From NCBI GenBank assembly GCA_000002435.2, contig CM018793.1: DNA of 64,000 bases; one strand, 5' to 3'. This stretch comes from Giardia intestinalis. Taxonomy: Eukaryota. The notes beneath the pieces were generated by a model, which was given only the letters and a program-made list of their open reading frames with translations, was not told the origin of the DNA and made no database searches. Each line of letters opens with the position of its first letter. Within the stretch, counting starts at the first letter, position 1. Position numbers and translations under genes: made by a program. Positions 40,010 through 49,900 of the stretch are shown piece by piece.

Positions 40010-41149
40010 ATGCGAGCCGTTAACCTTCCATCGTTTACCTTGCCTTCCCAATCCTACGCCATCATCTCTTACCCCACTCAGCAACCTCACCCTGTGCAAG
40101 ATATGATGACTCAACTCCGGTCTTCCAACACTGCGATCAACGATCAACCTCAGGAGATTGATCCTGCCTCCCAACTAACACAGATGAAAGTATGCGATTC
40201 AGTTGTCTCCTTGCCCATTAGTAACACCATAGAACCAGGCCTTCCCCTGTATAGCCTTGGATCTTCACAACCGTCCTCTCAAGTCCCACCTGCTTCTGTG
40301 GCGAACCGTGTATCCATTGTGCACCAACAACCGGGTGTTAATATAGGTGTTATAGATGCTAACGGGATGTGTTACTTGATTACAACTCCATCATCAACTC
40401 AGCCCGCGGGGCTAACGACACAGCCTAATCTTCAGCTTGGCACTGCTACTACTGCTTCAAGCAGCAGTGTACCCCACTTAATGCCCGCATCTGACAGGCC
40501 TGAGGTTGTACTGACCGACTCCCTTGCCGTTACAAATTCTACAAATATGCTAAATAACACGGCTCTAACGCAATCTGTTGCGCAGATTGCAGCCCTACTC
40601 AGTACTTGCCACGTTTCCATAATCCCTACTCAGAGTCTACCCACGGCAACTCCTCTCACGATCCCCACACAATCGCCCTCTTTGTCAGTACCCTATGCTC
40701 TTTCCGGACGGAACACCGCTGATATCATGCGCGGTGTGCAATCGTACATTGACCCTATCACACTACCCTCGTCATGTAGTGGAGACCCTGGGCCACTAAC
40801 ATTCGACAGCTTACTCCCCAGCAGTATGAATACGCGTGGGAGCGGGCTCTTTGATTATCCGGTATCCACAGACTCTCTATTTCAGAGACACAGGCATAGC
40901 TCAGTAAGACACAAGACCATAGCCGAGCGAACATACTCAAACGCGACGGTGCTCTGGACACCAGAAAAACACGAAGCATTTGTCACTGTTTACGAGAGCT
41001 TAGTGAATGCCAAGGAGAAGATCACACAGGGCGCCATTTTCAAGGAAATGAAGAAGCGCTATCCGAACTTTCAGCTGACTCTACGTCAAATACAATCCAA
41101 GCTACAGAAGTACAGGCTCCGCCTCAATACCCAAGCCGACGCACGCTAA
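40010..41149 (+). CDS. GARP/Myb-like (SHAQKYF/SHLQKYR-class) transcription factor with a long Ser/Thr/Pro/Gln-rich N-terminus
   Basis: The C-terminal domain reads VLWTPEKHEAFVTVYESLVNAKEKITQGAIFKEMKKRYPNFQLTLRQIQSKLQKYRLRL. It matches the plant-type GARP B-motif, W..E.H..F and L..I.SHLQKYRL. The ATG is preceded by the tract aatcgatttaaatatATG. Confidence 0.65.
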   Translation: MRAVNLPSFTLPSQSYAIISYPTQQPHPVQDMMTQLRSSNTAINDQPQEIDPASQLTQMKVCDSVVSLPISNTIEPGLPLYSLGSSQPSSQVPPASVANRVSIVHQQPGVNIGVIDANGMCYLITTPSSTQPAGLTTQPNLQLGTATTASSSSVPHLMPASDRPEVVLTDSLAVTNSTNMLNNTALTQSVAQIAALLSTCHVSIIPTQSLPTATPLTIPTQSPSLSVPYALSGRNTADIMRGVQSYIDPITLPSSCSGDPGPLTFDSLLPSSMNTRGSGLFDYPVSTDSLFQRHRHSSVRHKTIAERTYSNATVLWTPEKHEAFVTVYESLVNAKEKITQGAIFKEMKKRYPNFQLTLRQIQSKLQKYRLRLNTQADAR

Positions 41150-41194
41150 CCATCTAGTGCTAGCTGCCCTGCCCGTCAGCTAAATGCTTACAGG

Positions 41195-42493
41195 CTATCT
41201 ATCGTTATCCGTTTTTGCATAGCATTCGGCTAGTTTTAAGAATGCGCCGGGACACTCTTCGATCTTTTCTGATATTACATTTGTCTGGAAGCCCTCGTCT
41301 TGTGAGCCGAGCAACGCAGATCGCAGTATTAGTAAACCGGCTGATAGTCTATTTACCAACTTCTCCAGGCCGTGGGGCAGCGTGTAGAGCTCTGCATGCA
41401 AGTCGTGCCCAAAAGAAACTAGATTAGCGATCTTCTCCTCCTGACGTGCAATTTCAGAGGTTAGTGTAGTCGACTCCTCAACATTGGCAGAGAGCATGCT
41501 TTCGCTCAGTAGTGCCCTCTTCTCACGAAGCTCGGCGCTCAGTCCACTGACCTTCTTGATGAGTGCCTCATAGCCGCTATCTGTGACTGCAAGAGCAGAC
41601 AGCTTTGTAAACGACCAGTCCGCATCTTTGTCTGTGTCATGAACAGTACTATCAGAATCAAGACATGCGGCGAAGATCTCGCAGCAATCTTTAATCCGCC
41701 TGCTTTTCTTACAATCAGCCTCAATGTCGGCAGCCGTGCGCTCTGTGTGTGGTGCCCGGAGGTCGTTCGCACAAATAGTAGGGAGCAAGTCTTTCTCAGC
41801 TTCACGCGCGAACCAGTCTGCTGCCTTGGTCAGTACTGAAGAATGTTCAACGAGCGTCTTGATGGTGGTGAGGACGTTTTGTCTTTCTATGAGTACAAGC
41901 GTTGCAGAGTCCTGGTCGTCCTGCGCAAGGAGTTTAAGGCTTCGTTCCTTGGTGGCGACAGAAAATTTGTGAAGTGCAAATGCCAGTACAACGCAGTGAC
42001 TGACATATGCAGTGATTGCCGTAACAGCATCAAAGGCAGCAGACCTAGCCATGCAATTTGCAATGGGTGCTTTGCAAAGAATGCCGTCTCCCAGCATTGC
42101 CAAAGAGGAGCTGTCCACCGGCTGGCTCTCTAAGCCTTTCAGATCAGCCCTTGCCTGTTCAAGTGCTTCGGATATCTCTGCCTTGACCTGCAAGAGATGA
42201 TCGCGTGCGAGCCGACGTAACTGGATAAGTAGCATCAGCAAGCTGCTTAACTCTGTACTGCTTCTCCCAGCTTCTGTTCCTATGAGCGCCCTCAGGGACT
42301 CTATCTGATTGTTTAGATCGGACGCGCGCAACTCGTAGGCCTTTTCGGAGTCTTGGAGCTTGCTAATGAAAACGGCACAGATTCCTCGGATAATTGTCCT
42401 AGATGCGCCGTCATTTGGAAAGACTGACAAAACCTGTTTCAGAAACCCCTGCTCTTCAGCAGCCAGTGTGGAATAATCACAATCGGCCGCCAT
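41195..42493 (-). CDS. Coiled-coil protein of 432 aa
   Basis: Much of the length is heptad-like, EKAYELRASDLNNQIESLRALIG...LQVKAEISEALEQARADLKGLES. The ATG is preceded by a classic AT-rich initiator, aaaataaaatttaaATG. Confidence 0.5.
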   Translation of the reverse strand: MAADCDYSTLAAEEQGFLKQVLSVFPNDGASRTIIRGICAVFISKLQDSEKAYELRASDLNNQIESLRALIGTEAGRSSTELSSLLMLLIQLRRLARDHLLQVKAEISEALEQARADLKGLESQPVDSSSLAMLGDGILCKAPIANCMARSAAFDAVTAITAYVSHCVVLAFALHKFSVATKERSLKLLAQDDQDSATLVLIERQNVLTTIKTLVEHSSVLTKAADWFAREAEKDLLPTICANDLRAPHTERTAADIEADCKKSRRIKDCCEIFAACLDSDSTVHDTDKDADWSFTKLSALAVTDSGYEALIKKVSGLSAELREKRALLSESMLSANVEESTTLTSEIARQEEKIANLVSFGHDLHAELYTLPHGLEKLVNRLSAGLLILRSALLGSQDEGFQTNVISEKIEECPGAFLKLAECYAKTDNDR

Positions 42494-42810
42494 TTAAATT
42501 TTATTTTGGGTACAGGTGCAGTGCTAGGTAAGGGTGCTAGACAGCCACTGTAAGCCTGGGCACCACCACTAGTAGGGTGGCGGTGGGGCCAGTAGCTGAT
42601 GGATAGGATGCTGACCCCACTACGCGTGTCTGAGTGGCATAATCTCAGATCGAGCCTGAAGCCGGACCTCAACAGACAAAAGCTGCGGAATCGCTATAGA
42701 AAATTTACAATAGACCAATAAACAAAGAATCATACTTTCATAACACAAAATACACACACCCCGTTTGACTCGGAGTAAATACTTTTTAAGTTCTTTTATT
42801 TAATTTTAAA

Positions 42811-43104
42811 ATGACCGATGAGAGGACTACGGATCCCTTTCTCCCCATAGCAAACATTGGGAGCATAATGAAGGAGTGTCTTCCAGCCAACACGAAGTTG
42901 ACTCGCGGCGCCAAAGAGCTTGTTCAAGAAGCTGTGACAGAGCTCATCTGCTTCGTCGCACTGCAGGCACAGACTTACGCTGTGTCCCATAGAAGAAAGA
43001 CAGTCAATGGAAACGATATCATAACTGCTCTTCACGACCTCGGCTTTGTAAGATTTCATGCAATCTTACACAAATATTATTCATCTATGCTGCGAAAGAA
43101 TTGA
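42811..43104 (+). CDS. Histone-fold NF-YB-like (HAP3/NC2-beta family) protein, a minimal 97-aa form
   Basis: DPFLPIANIGSIMKECLPANTKLTRGAKELVQEAVTELICFVA...RKTVNGNDIITALHDLGF matches NF-YB FLPIANV..IMK..LP...KI.KDAKE.VQECVSEFISF...KRKTINGDD.L.AM..LGF. The ATG is preceded by the tract tttaattttaaaATG. Confidence 0.75.
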   Translation: MTDERTTDPFLPIANIGSIMKECLPANTKLTRGAKELVQEAVTELICFVALQAQTYAVSHRRKTVNGNDIITALHDLGFVRFHAILHKYYSSMLRKN

Positions 43105-43258
43105 GAAAGATGGCTTAGTTCGTTCTCGGTGATCGCTATTCCACTAGATGCTTATGCAAAGTTCCGACGTAGTTGCGGTACATAGGCACTCCTCACACTT
43201 GAGATGACAGTTCAAAGCTTTTATGGGGCAGGTTTAGCACGGGCGACCCAAGACTCGG

Positions 43259-44989
43259 CTAGAGCTTGGTCCTTGCGCGGGAACCGGACAAGTAGGATGG
43301 AGTGGGATCTTCGTTTAAGCTAAAAGGATCATTAACTACTATGCCTGCACTCGAACACGCTTCCTTGTCTTCTGGAATACCTTCAGAGGTATCGAATTTG
43401 ACAAAGGGGAGGTTCGAGAAGATATCCGAGGAGACAGAGGACAGCTCTGTATAGTTTTGCTGCGTAAATTGCGAATAGAACATCTGCTCGCTTTTAACGC
43501 CACCTTCCCCATTGTCTCCAGATGAAGCAGTCCATTGTGTGCCGCATGCCATCTCTTCCTGGGTGGGGGTTCTAGTACCCGAGGCCAATAACGAGGCAGG
43601 ATGAACAGGAAAGTCCAGACTGCATACTGACGCAGAACTGGACGCTGATGCCGATGCCGAGTAAACGCTAGCGGCACGAAAATGATCTACAACTTGGTTG
43701 GGAGTGACCGGGATTGGTGGTGGCTTGGTCCAGGCTGCCTGAGCTGGCATGCAGGGCAACGCGGAGTGAGAGCTGAACGGAGAAGGAGCCGACGATATGG
43801 CAGCTGGTTGATCATTAGACTCCCAAGAGGAAAAGGTGGAGCTATAGTACCCTCCAGAGTCACCAAAGATAGGCATTGTGTTGCCATGGACTTCACCATA
43901 TACAGGTGTTCTATCCGTTTTGGTGACGATATAATCGGGATCTTGCTCCAGGCCCAGCTCCAGACTAGAAGTTGTGGCTAGACCAGGGACACCACGCGAT
44001 AGCAGATTGGAAGACACACTGCCATGCGCTTGTGCAGGGTTGGGCACCCAGTATTGTTGCCCATCAGCTGTCAGGGGATGCTGCGACTGGGGCTGGGGCA
44101 GGGGAGCTATGGGGATAGACCTCATAACATTGTAGGACGAATCTATACTATACTGAGGAAGAGGAGAATCGGAAAGGTTGGCTAACACTGTAAAGCTTTG
44201 TGAGGGATTTTTGGAAGAAAGTGAGCCAGAGTACGTAGCTTTTGTTGATAGACTTGGTAAGCTACTTGACATAAACTTGGGATAATTCAAGGAGAGCTTC
44301 GGCATCAGAAGGCTCGAAGAACTGGAAGAGCTAGCAGCTCTGGGGCCTGTAGGTAGCGGGAGGTCTCTCCGCTGCAGAAGACAGGTTTGGTCTTGCTGGT
44401 CTGTGTCAGCCCCTGTGTATTTATTGCTGGTTCCAGCAAAGAGACTTGGCTGGAGAACGTCGTCCGACGGAGTTATAATTTTGAATTGCTCTTGCTCGCA
44501 GATCTGTGAACTCTGGAGTAGAAGATCGTTAAAGGTATACCCAAGATTAGTATAACAATCTTTCAGCATCCGACACTTCTTGATGTTATGGAATGCCCTG
44601 CGAAGTATAACTCGGCTATACTTACGACCGCTGGTGGGAGCGAATTTGGCTAGAACCTCTGCAGATGGATAGCATCGGCTAGAAAGGAGAGACGCAATAA
44701 ACATGGTGAACTCTGATCTGTCGGTGATGTCCATGATCGAGCCAGAGCTCTCATATCGCGGCTTGATAACCTCGTTGAAATGCTTGCGAGCTAGTTGTTT
44801 CTGAATGTTGCAGCTATTTCCTATGCGAGCCCAGTCTATTTGGTCTTTGTGTGCCTGAGCTGCAGAAATGATAGCGACAGGATCAGATGAGGGCACCCCG
44901 AGCTGGTGCGCCATGAGCATAAGGATTTTATCGGATGTTACCTGGCTGATATTTGGCCCACGATGGGATTTTCCAGTAAGACTTGGCAT
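43259..44989 (-). CDS. Ser-rich low-complexity protein of 576 aa with a possible degenerate Myb/SANT-like N-terminal repeat
   Basis: The N-terminal segment DWARIGNSCNIQKQLARKHF resembles a Myb repeat in which the last Trp is replaced by Phe. The remainder is S/P/Q-rich. The ATG is preceded by the tract cttaaaaaaataattgacaaATG. Confidence 0.45.
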   Translation of the reverse strand: MPSLTGKSHRGPNISQVTSDKILMLMAHQLGVPSSDPVAIISAAQAHKDQIDWARIGNSCNIQKQLARKHFNEVIKPRYESSGSIMDITDRSEFTMFIASLLSSRCYPSAEVLAKFAPTSGRKYSRVILRRAFHNIKKCRMLKDCYTNLGYTFNDLLLQSSQICEQEQFKIITPSDDVLQPSLFAGTSNKYTGADTDQQDQTCLLQRRDLPLPTGPRAASSSSSSSLLMPKLSLNYPKFMSSSLPSLSTKATYSGSLSSKNPSQSFTVLANLSDSPLPQYSIDSSYNVMRSIPIAPLPQPQSQHPLTADGQQYWVPNPAQAHGSVSSNLLSRGVPGLATTSSLELGLEQDPDYIVTKTDRTPVYGEVHGNTMPIFGDSGGYYSSTFSSWESNDQPAAISSAPSPFSSHSALPCMPAQAAWTKPPPIPVTPNQVVDHFRAASVYSASASASSSASVCSLDFPVHPASLLASGTRTPTQEEMACGTQWTASSGDNGEGGVKSEQMFYSQFTQQNYTELSSVSSDIFSNLPFVKFDTSEGIPEDKEACSSAGIVVNDPFSLNEDPTPSYLSGSRARTKL

Positions 44990-45673
44990 TTGTCAATTAT
45001 TTTTTTAAGTTTGGGCACATTCCTTGACGAATAATTAAACACCGAGATTTTCAAATGGATTTATACCAGCGCGACTTTTCTGTTGCTTAGTGGAGACACT
45101 TGCTCTTGAACGACCGCACCCGGTAACCACATACATGAAGCGTACTATCTGATGCTGCAGAGATTGGAGGCCATTATACGCCAATACACTTTTGCCCATT
45201 TTGTCGGATGGAGGCCTTTTCTCTCTATTATGTTTGTCGGCACTTACAACACGGAATACTACTATTGTGCCCATCTAGACCTACCTAAATATACTTAAAT
45301 CAGCTTAATTTACAAGCAATAAATTGTGAATAGAAATACACTAACATTAGCCTGGGCAAGCAAGACCGCCTCTGAAGCAGTTTCTCATGAGCCAGTTTGT
45401 CCCGCCAACGGAGTTTGACCCGACTATTTACATATATAAATACAAATAAGGATTAGAGGCACTAAGACACTAGGGTCACTATTATTGAAGAGCATAACAA
45501 TTGTATCAGCGGATGTAGTGTGACAATGTGGACACTTGAAGATAGCAGTATTCTTACAACTCTCAGGCACGCGACGAACACATTTATGCCTGCAGGTAAT
45601 AACATGACAACCCACTGACTAGACAAATATGCAATGCAATCTTAAGTAGTCTTCTCCAGAGAAGCAAAATAAT

Positions 45674-45964
45674 TCATCGGAATCTATAGTACTTCGTCAC
45701 ACTCACAGAATGGATAAGGTCTGTCCAGCTAGAGACACCATTCTCATGCTTCATCAGAAGCTTCACCGTCTCGTCCCTTCCGTTCTGGGCGGTGATGATG
45801 AGGGTGGTCAGACCCTGCCTGTCCTTCTTACCCTTTTCATCGAGGTGTTGAGACACCATGTCCGTGTCTTCGAGTGATGCGGTGTACATAGGCATTGTCC
45901 AGCCAGCGGCGTCCTTCTTGTGTGTCATGAGAAGCTTTGCAACATTGTGATGGCCGGCTCGCAA
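45674..45964 (-). pseudogene. Ankyrin-repeat gene remnant of about 96 codons with no proper start
   Basis: The translation GHHNVAKLLMTHKKDAAGWTMPMYTASLEDTDMVSQHL...GLTTLIITAQNGRDETVKLLMKHE shows two to three ankyrin-like repeats. The ORF begins at a TTG directly after a stop. It lies in a 1.9-kb gene-poor gap. Confidence 0.35.
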
Positions 45965-46929
45965 CCTCTAGTCCCTTCTCGTGCTAGGCAAGGGTTTGAC
46001 TGCTTCTAGGCCTCTACTCTGCGCCACTGTCACCAGAACAACAGAGTCAATATCAGTCAGAGCGTTATGGACTTAACGGCCTCTGCATGGATAAAAGGGA
46101 GGAAGGATGCCATCAATGTTGCTGTTTCCTGAACCGTAAAAATAGGTAAGAGCAGAAGTGATCTGCTTAGTGGTACAAAAGACGTCATTAGCAGGCATAG
46201 TCTCTCCTTGACTCTCTCCCCAGTGCAGATGCAGAGGTGAAGTAACACTTTGCGTAGCAAGGTAAAGAGTAGAACCCTTTCTAAGCATTCGCTGCACCTA
46301 GATACTCCCAGGATATGAGAGCGCACCAAGCATCCCAAATGGCACTGAGAGAACTAGGGGGTAAGTTCTCCAACTGGACCTTCAGAAGCACGTTAGTGAG
46401 GCTACCCTTTAAGGCGTAAGCAACCTAGTCAGGTTCCTTGTCAATAAGCCCATCGATATCCTGCAACGTCTTGTCAAAGCGGACATGGAGACCAGAAATG
46501 ACAGGCGGATTTTTAGTCCGGTCGCTAAAAAGTTGTTGAATCGATTAAAGCGCCGGCTTCTCATACGGGCTATAGGGCTACCATAATTGGCCAGCCTGTT
46601 GCGTAGTCACAAATAAATACGCGTCATGCTAGCATGTCTTTTCATTTTTGCTGAGAATGTGTCAACGCACTTGATTGCCACCTTCCTTTTCTTCTGTTTT
46701 GGGAAGCGATCATTCCACCGTTGCGGTAGGCGGCCAGCCGGCCGGCTTCTGTCCACCAGTACAGACCTGATTTAAAAACTGTTATTGAAGACTGCCATTG
46801 CAGACTACAAGTAGGATTGCTTCTTAATTATTTAAATACGATATCTGCAGTTTCCAACTTACGAACTTTCTTCCCTTGCAGAGCTAACAAACTTTAAATC
46901 TGATAGTATCAGGACTTTTTTTAAATAAA

Positions 46930-49900
46930 ATGTCACATCTCCCTGAAGACTTCCAATACATTGGAGAGCTTCTTTCTAGCATCATAAGGGTTCTCCCCAG
47001 AAAGTTAGGGGCTCTCCGTCCTCCTCTGAAGAACCTAGAGAGTATTTTCATCTCTTTCTTGACAGTCATCAATGAGGACACAGATCAAATTTCAATCAGC
47101 GCTAACGACTTCTTGGCGTCCGTTAAGCCGATACCCCACGACTCGTATCTTGCCGAGGGGGCAGAAGTTCTTAAAACAATAGCCAAGCTACTTTCCTCCC
47201 AACACCAGAAACTGATAAATCCACAAGACGAATGCACCCATCAGCAGCAAATGATTTATCTAGGGGACCTAGTGGAACTTTCTGCCACAGCCCCCTCCGA
47301 GGCTGTGTGTGCTGCCGATGGCGTCACGAAAAGCACGAAGAGTAAGAAAGCCAAGGCCATAGCGCGGGATAAGATGGTTTTACAGCTTTACTACGAGACC
47401 TTTTCCAACAGCAAAATGCTTCTTCCACTTCTAGGAATAGCACTAAAGATTCTCTCCCTGCAGATAGACTCTCATATCAATGCTGTGCCCTCAAAGCTCA
47501 TTGAGCTGTGCTATTGCTTGCTCACAGTTCTTCTAGCAAGTGGAGTACTTTATATGTCGTCTGCCCAACTCTGCTTGCAGGGTCTTCTTGCAGTAGAGTA
47601 CAGACGACTAGTTAAATATGATAGCAGGAAGAGTGTTTTTCACAACTTTCTGATGCTGGAGTCGTGCTTCAACTTTGACCGAGAGATTGTTGCTGTTCGA
47701 ACTCTCCTGCTCTGCCTTATTAATTGTGCTGCACTGCGAAACGTTTATTTAATTGAGCAGCAAGCTCAACTAGTGGACAACAGCCCTGAGCCCTCAGCGG
47801 CTGTGTCTGCTAACTGGATAACCGAACACACGCTTCTCCTGATCAAGTATGTGCTGTGTCGTTTGTTCACAATTATACTGGCACTGGACAAGAACTTTCC
47901 CTCGGTGTCAAAGCTGAAGCCGTCTGTTAGCACAAAGACTCTAGCCACTGATTCGAATATTTATGACTACGCCAGCCTAGTGTTTCTTCGTGTTCAGGCA
48001 TCTATAGAAACCCTTGAGATAACGCCCGAGCAGTTCTCTTGCATGAATCAACGGAAGTATGAGCAATTTTTGAATACTGTGCAACGATTAGACGTTTTAC
48101 ATCTTCATGAAGTGCTGAATGTTTCCCATTCCTCCTCGCTTCCCATTGGCCTTATGCCATCCACTACACGCATGTACTTCTACAATGCTGTGACAACCTC
48201 CATTGCTCAAGTATTTTCGTACGCCTTTCACTTGCGTTCTCTACACTTGAAAGGTGGCTTTTTAATTCCTCGGGTGCCCCCAGACCTTGACAAGTCTCGA
48301 ATAGCATGCATCGGAGAAGATAAAGAGGCAATGGTAAATCTGCAAGCACCCAGTAATAGCGAAGCTAGCCATAGGACTAATGCTTCCATGCACATGGATA
48401 CAGTAGAATCCTATATGTTGTCTATTACCGGCGAATTCATAAGGGTGTTATCGCGTCAGCCAGATGCTCTTGTTTCTCTTTCCTTAGAAATGTACTTGGC
48501 TTTCACCACTGTCATCAAGGCTATGCAGGCCCCATCCCAAATCTTCATGCTCACATATCGTCATGTTTCCCAGCTGCTGCACATCCTTATCGACACCATA
48601 AGCATAGGTCTAAGTGCAGACTCTAGCGAACTTTATCGCATCTCCTTGTACTTTCTTAGAAAACTGCTTGTAGTCGCACTACCCATGCCTGGCCTATTCG
48701 AGGTAATTAACTCAATATTGCAAAACTTTCTGATAATGCCTCTGAACGAAAGCGAATCTGCAGACATCCGCGGCCATGGATTGCTCTTCATAGACCTATT
48801 GCTCGGAACAACCTATGCTGGAAAGGATGCTACTTATACAGAGAAACAAATCAATCTCCTGAGCTTCTTGTACGATAGTCACATTGCCAGCAGTGATATC
48901 GTGTGTTCTGCTCTCCCAGGGCTATATCCAATGAAACCTATTGTTCTCAGCCTGCTTGACGCTGTGGCAAACAACCTCAACACTTATATGACGTTAACAG
49001 ACGCGTCACTCACAAGCATATCCCATAAGACTCTTTCGTTAGAAGCTCTTTTGTATAAATATATAGACCTATCGCACCGCGTAGACGCTACGACGCTCAC
49101 GGCCCAATACTCCTTGAGCCCGCAAGGCCCCAACAACACTGCAGTGTTCTTTTCAACTGTAGCCGATTGTGCGGTCCATGTTTTGGTGTCTATTATGCGG
49201 GGATTTAGGAGGTTCTTGATGGATAGAAAGTTAACGGAAGCGCAGCAGATGATAATTCTTTCTAATAAGCCGTTAGAGGACCACATAGTTTCGCTGCTCA
49301 ATGACTATCGCCGGAACACATTGATCTCTGAGTTTGCAACTGCCTCTAGGCCGAAGAAGGTTATTCAGAAAATGATTCAATGCGGCTACATCCGTAACGA
49401 CCACAGATCCATCATACGCTACATTGTTTCTCAGAATTTCAATAAGAAAGGATTTGGAGTACTCCTTGGCGATCCACACGAATCAGAGCTTCTGGAAGCC
49501 TTTGCAGATATTGTTTTCAGTGATCTGAGGCTCTTCATCGACTCAGTGCGCCAAGGAAAAACAGGATCGATGGTTTCAGTCCCCAACTCTGAAGATAGGT
49601 CGTGCTACGATAGAGTGGCTGCCATGGTTAATACCGAGTCCCTAGGCTCGTTATTCACATTAACTCAGAAGGAGATGCAGACTCTGCGAGCCCGGCAACG
49701 GCAACAACAGCAGCAGCAGCAACAAAAGTCATCATCTGAAGGTCGCCAGTCCGATCATACACCAATTATCCCGGTAATGTGTCGGTGGTCTGAGCAGAAG
49801 GAGATGCCGGAAAAATCAGAGAACATCTTCTTGATAGCTATAAGATACTACTTATCGTTCTTTCACATTCCTGGGGAAAGCCAGCAGATTGAGCGAATCA

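Noticed and set aside
42494-42700. A GC-rich segment in the NF-YB upstream spacer, gggtggcggtggggccagtagctgatggataggatgctgacccc..., considered as a structured ncRNA or tRNA-like element.
   Set aside because: Only a short imperfect hairpin can be drawn. No tRNA T-loop, anticodon-arm geometry or known snRNA box was found.
46884-47081. Track ORF 46884..47081 (-), and other short ORFs overlapping long genes, such as 12057..12341, 26066..26407 and 50286..50726.
   Set aside because: They lie antisense or out of frame inside long, well-supported coding regions and have no motifs.
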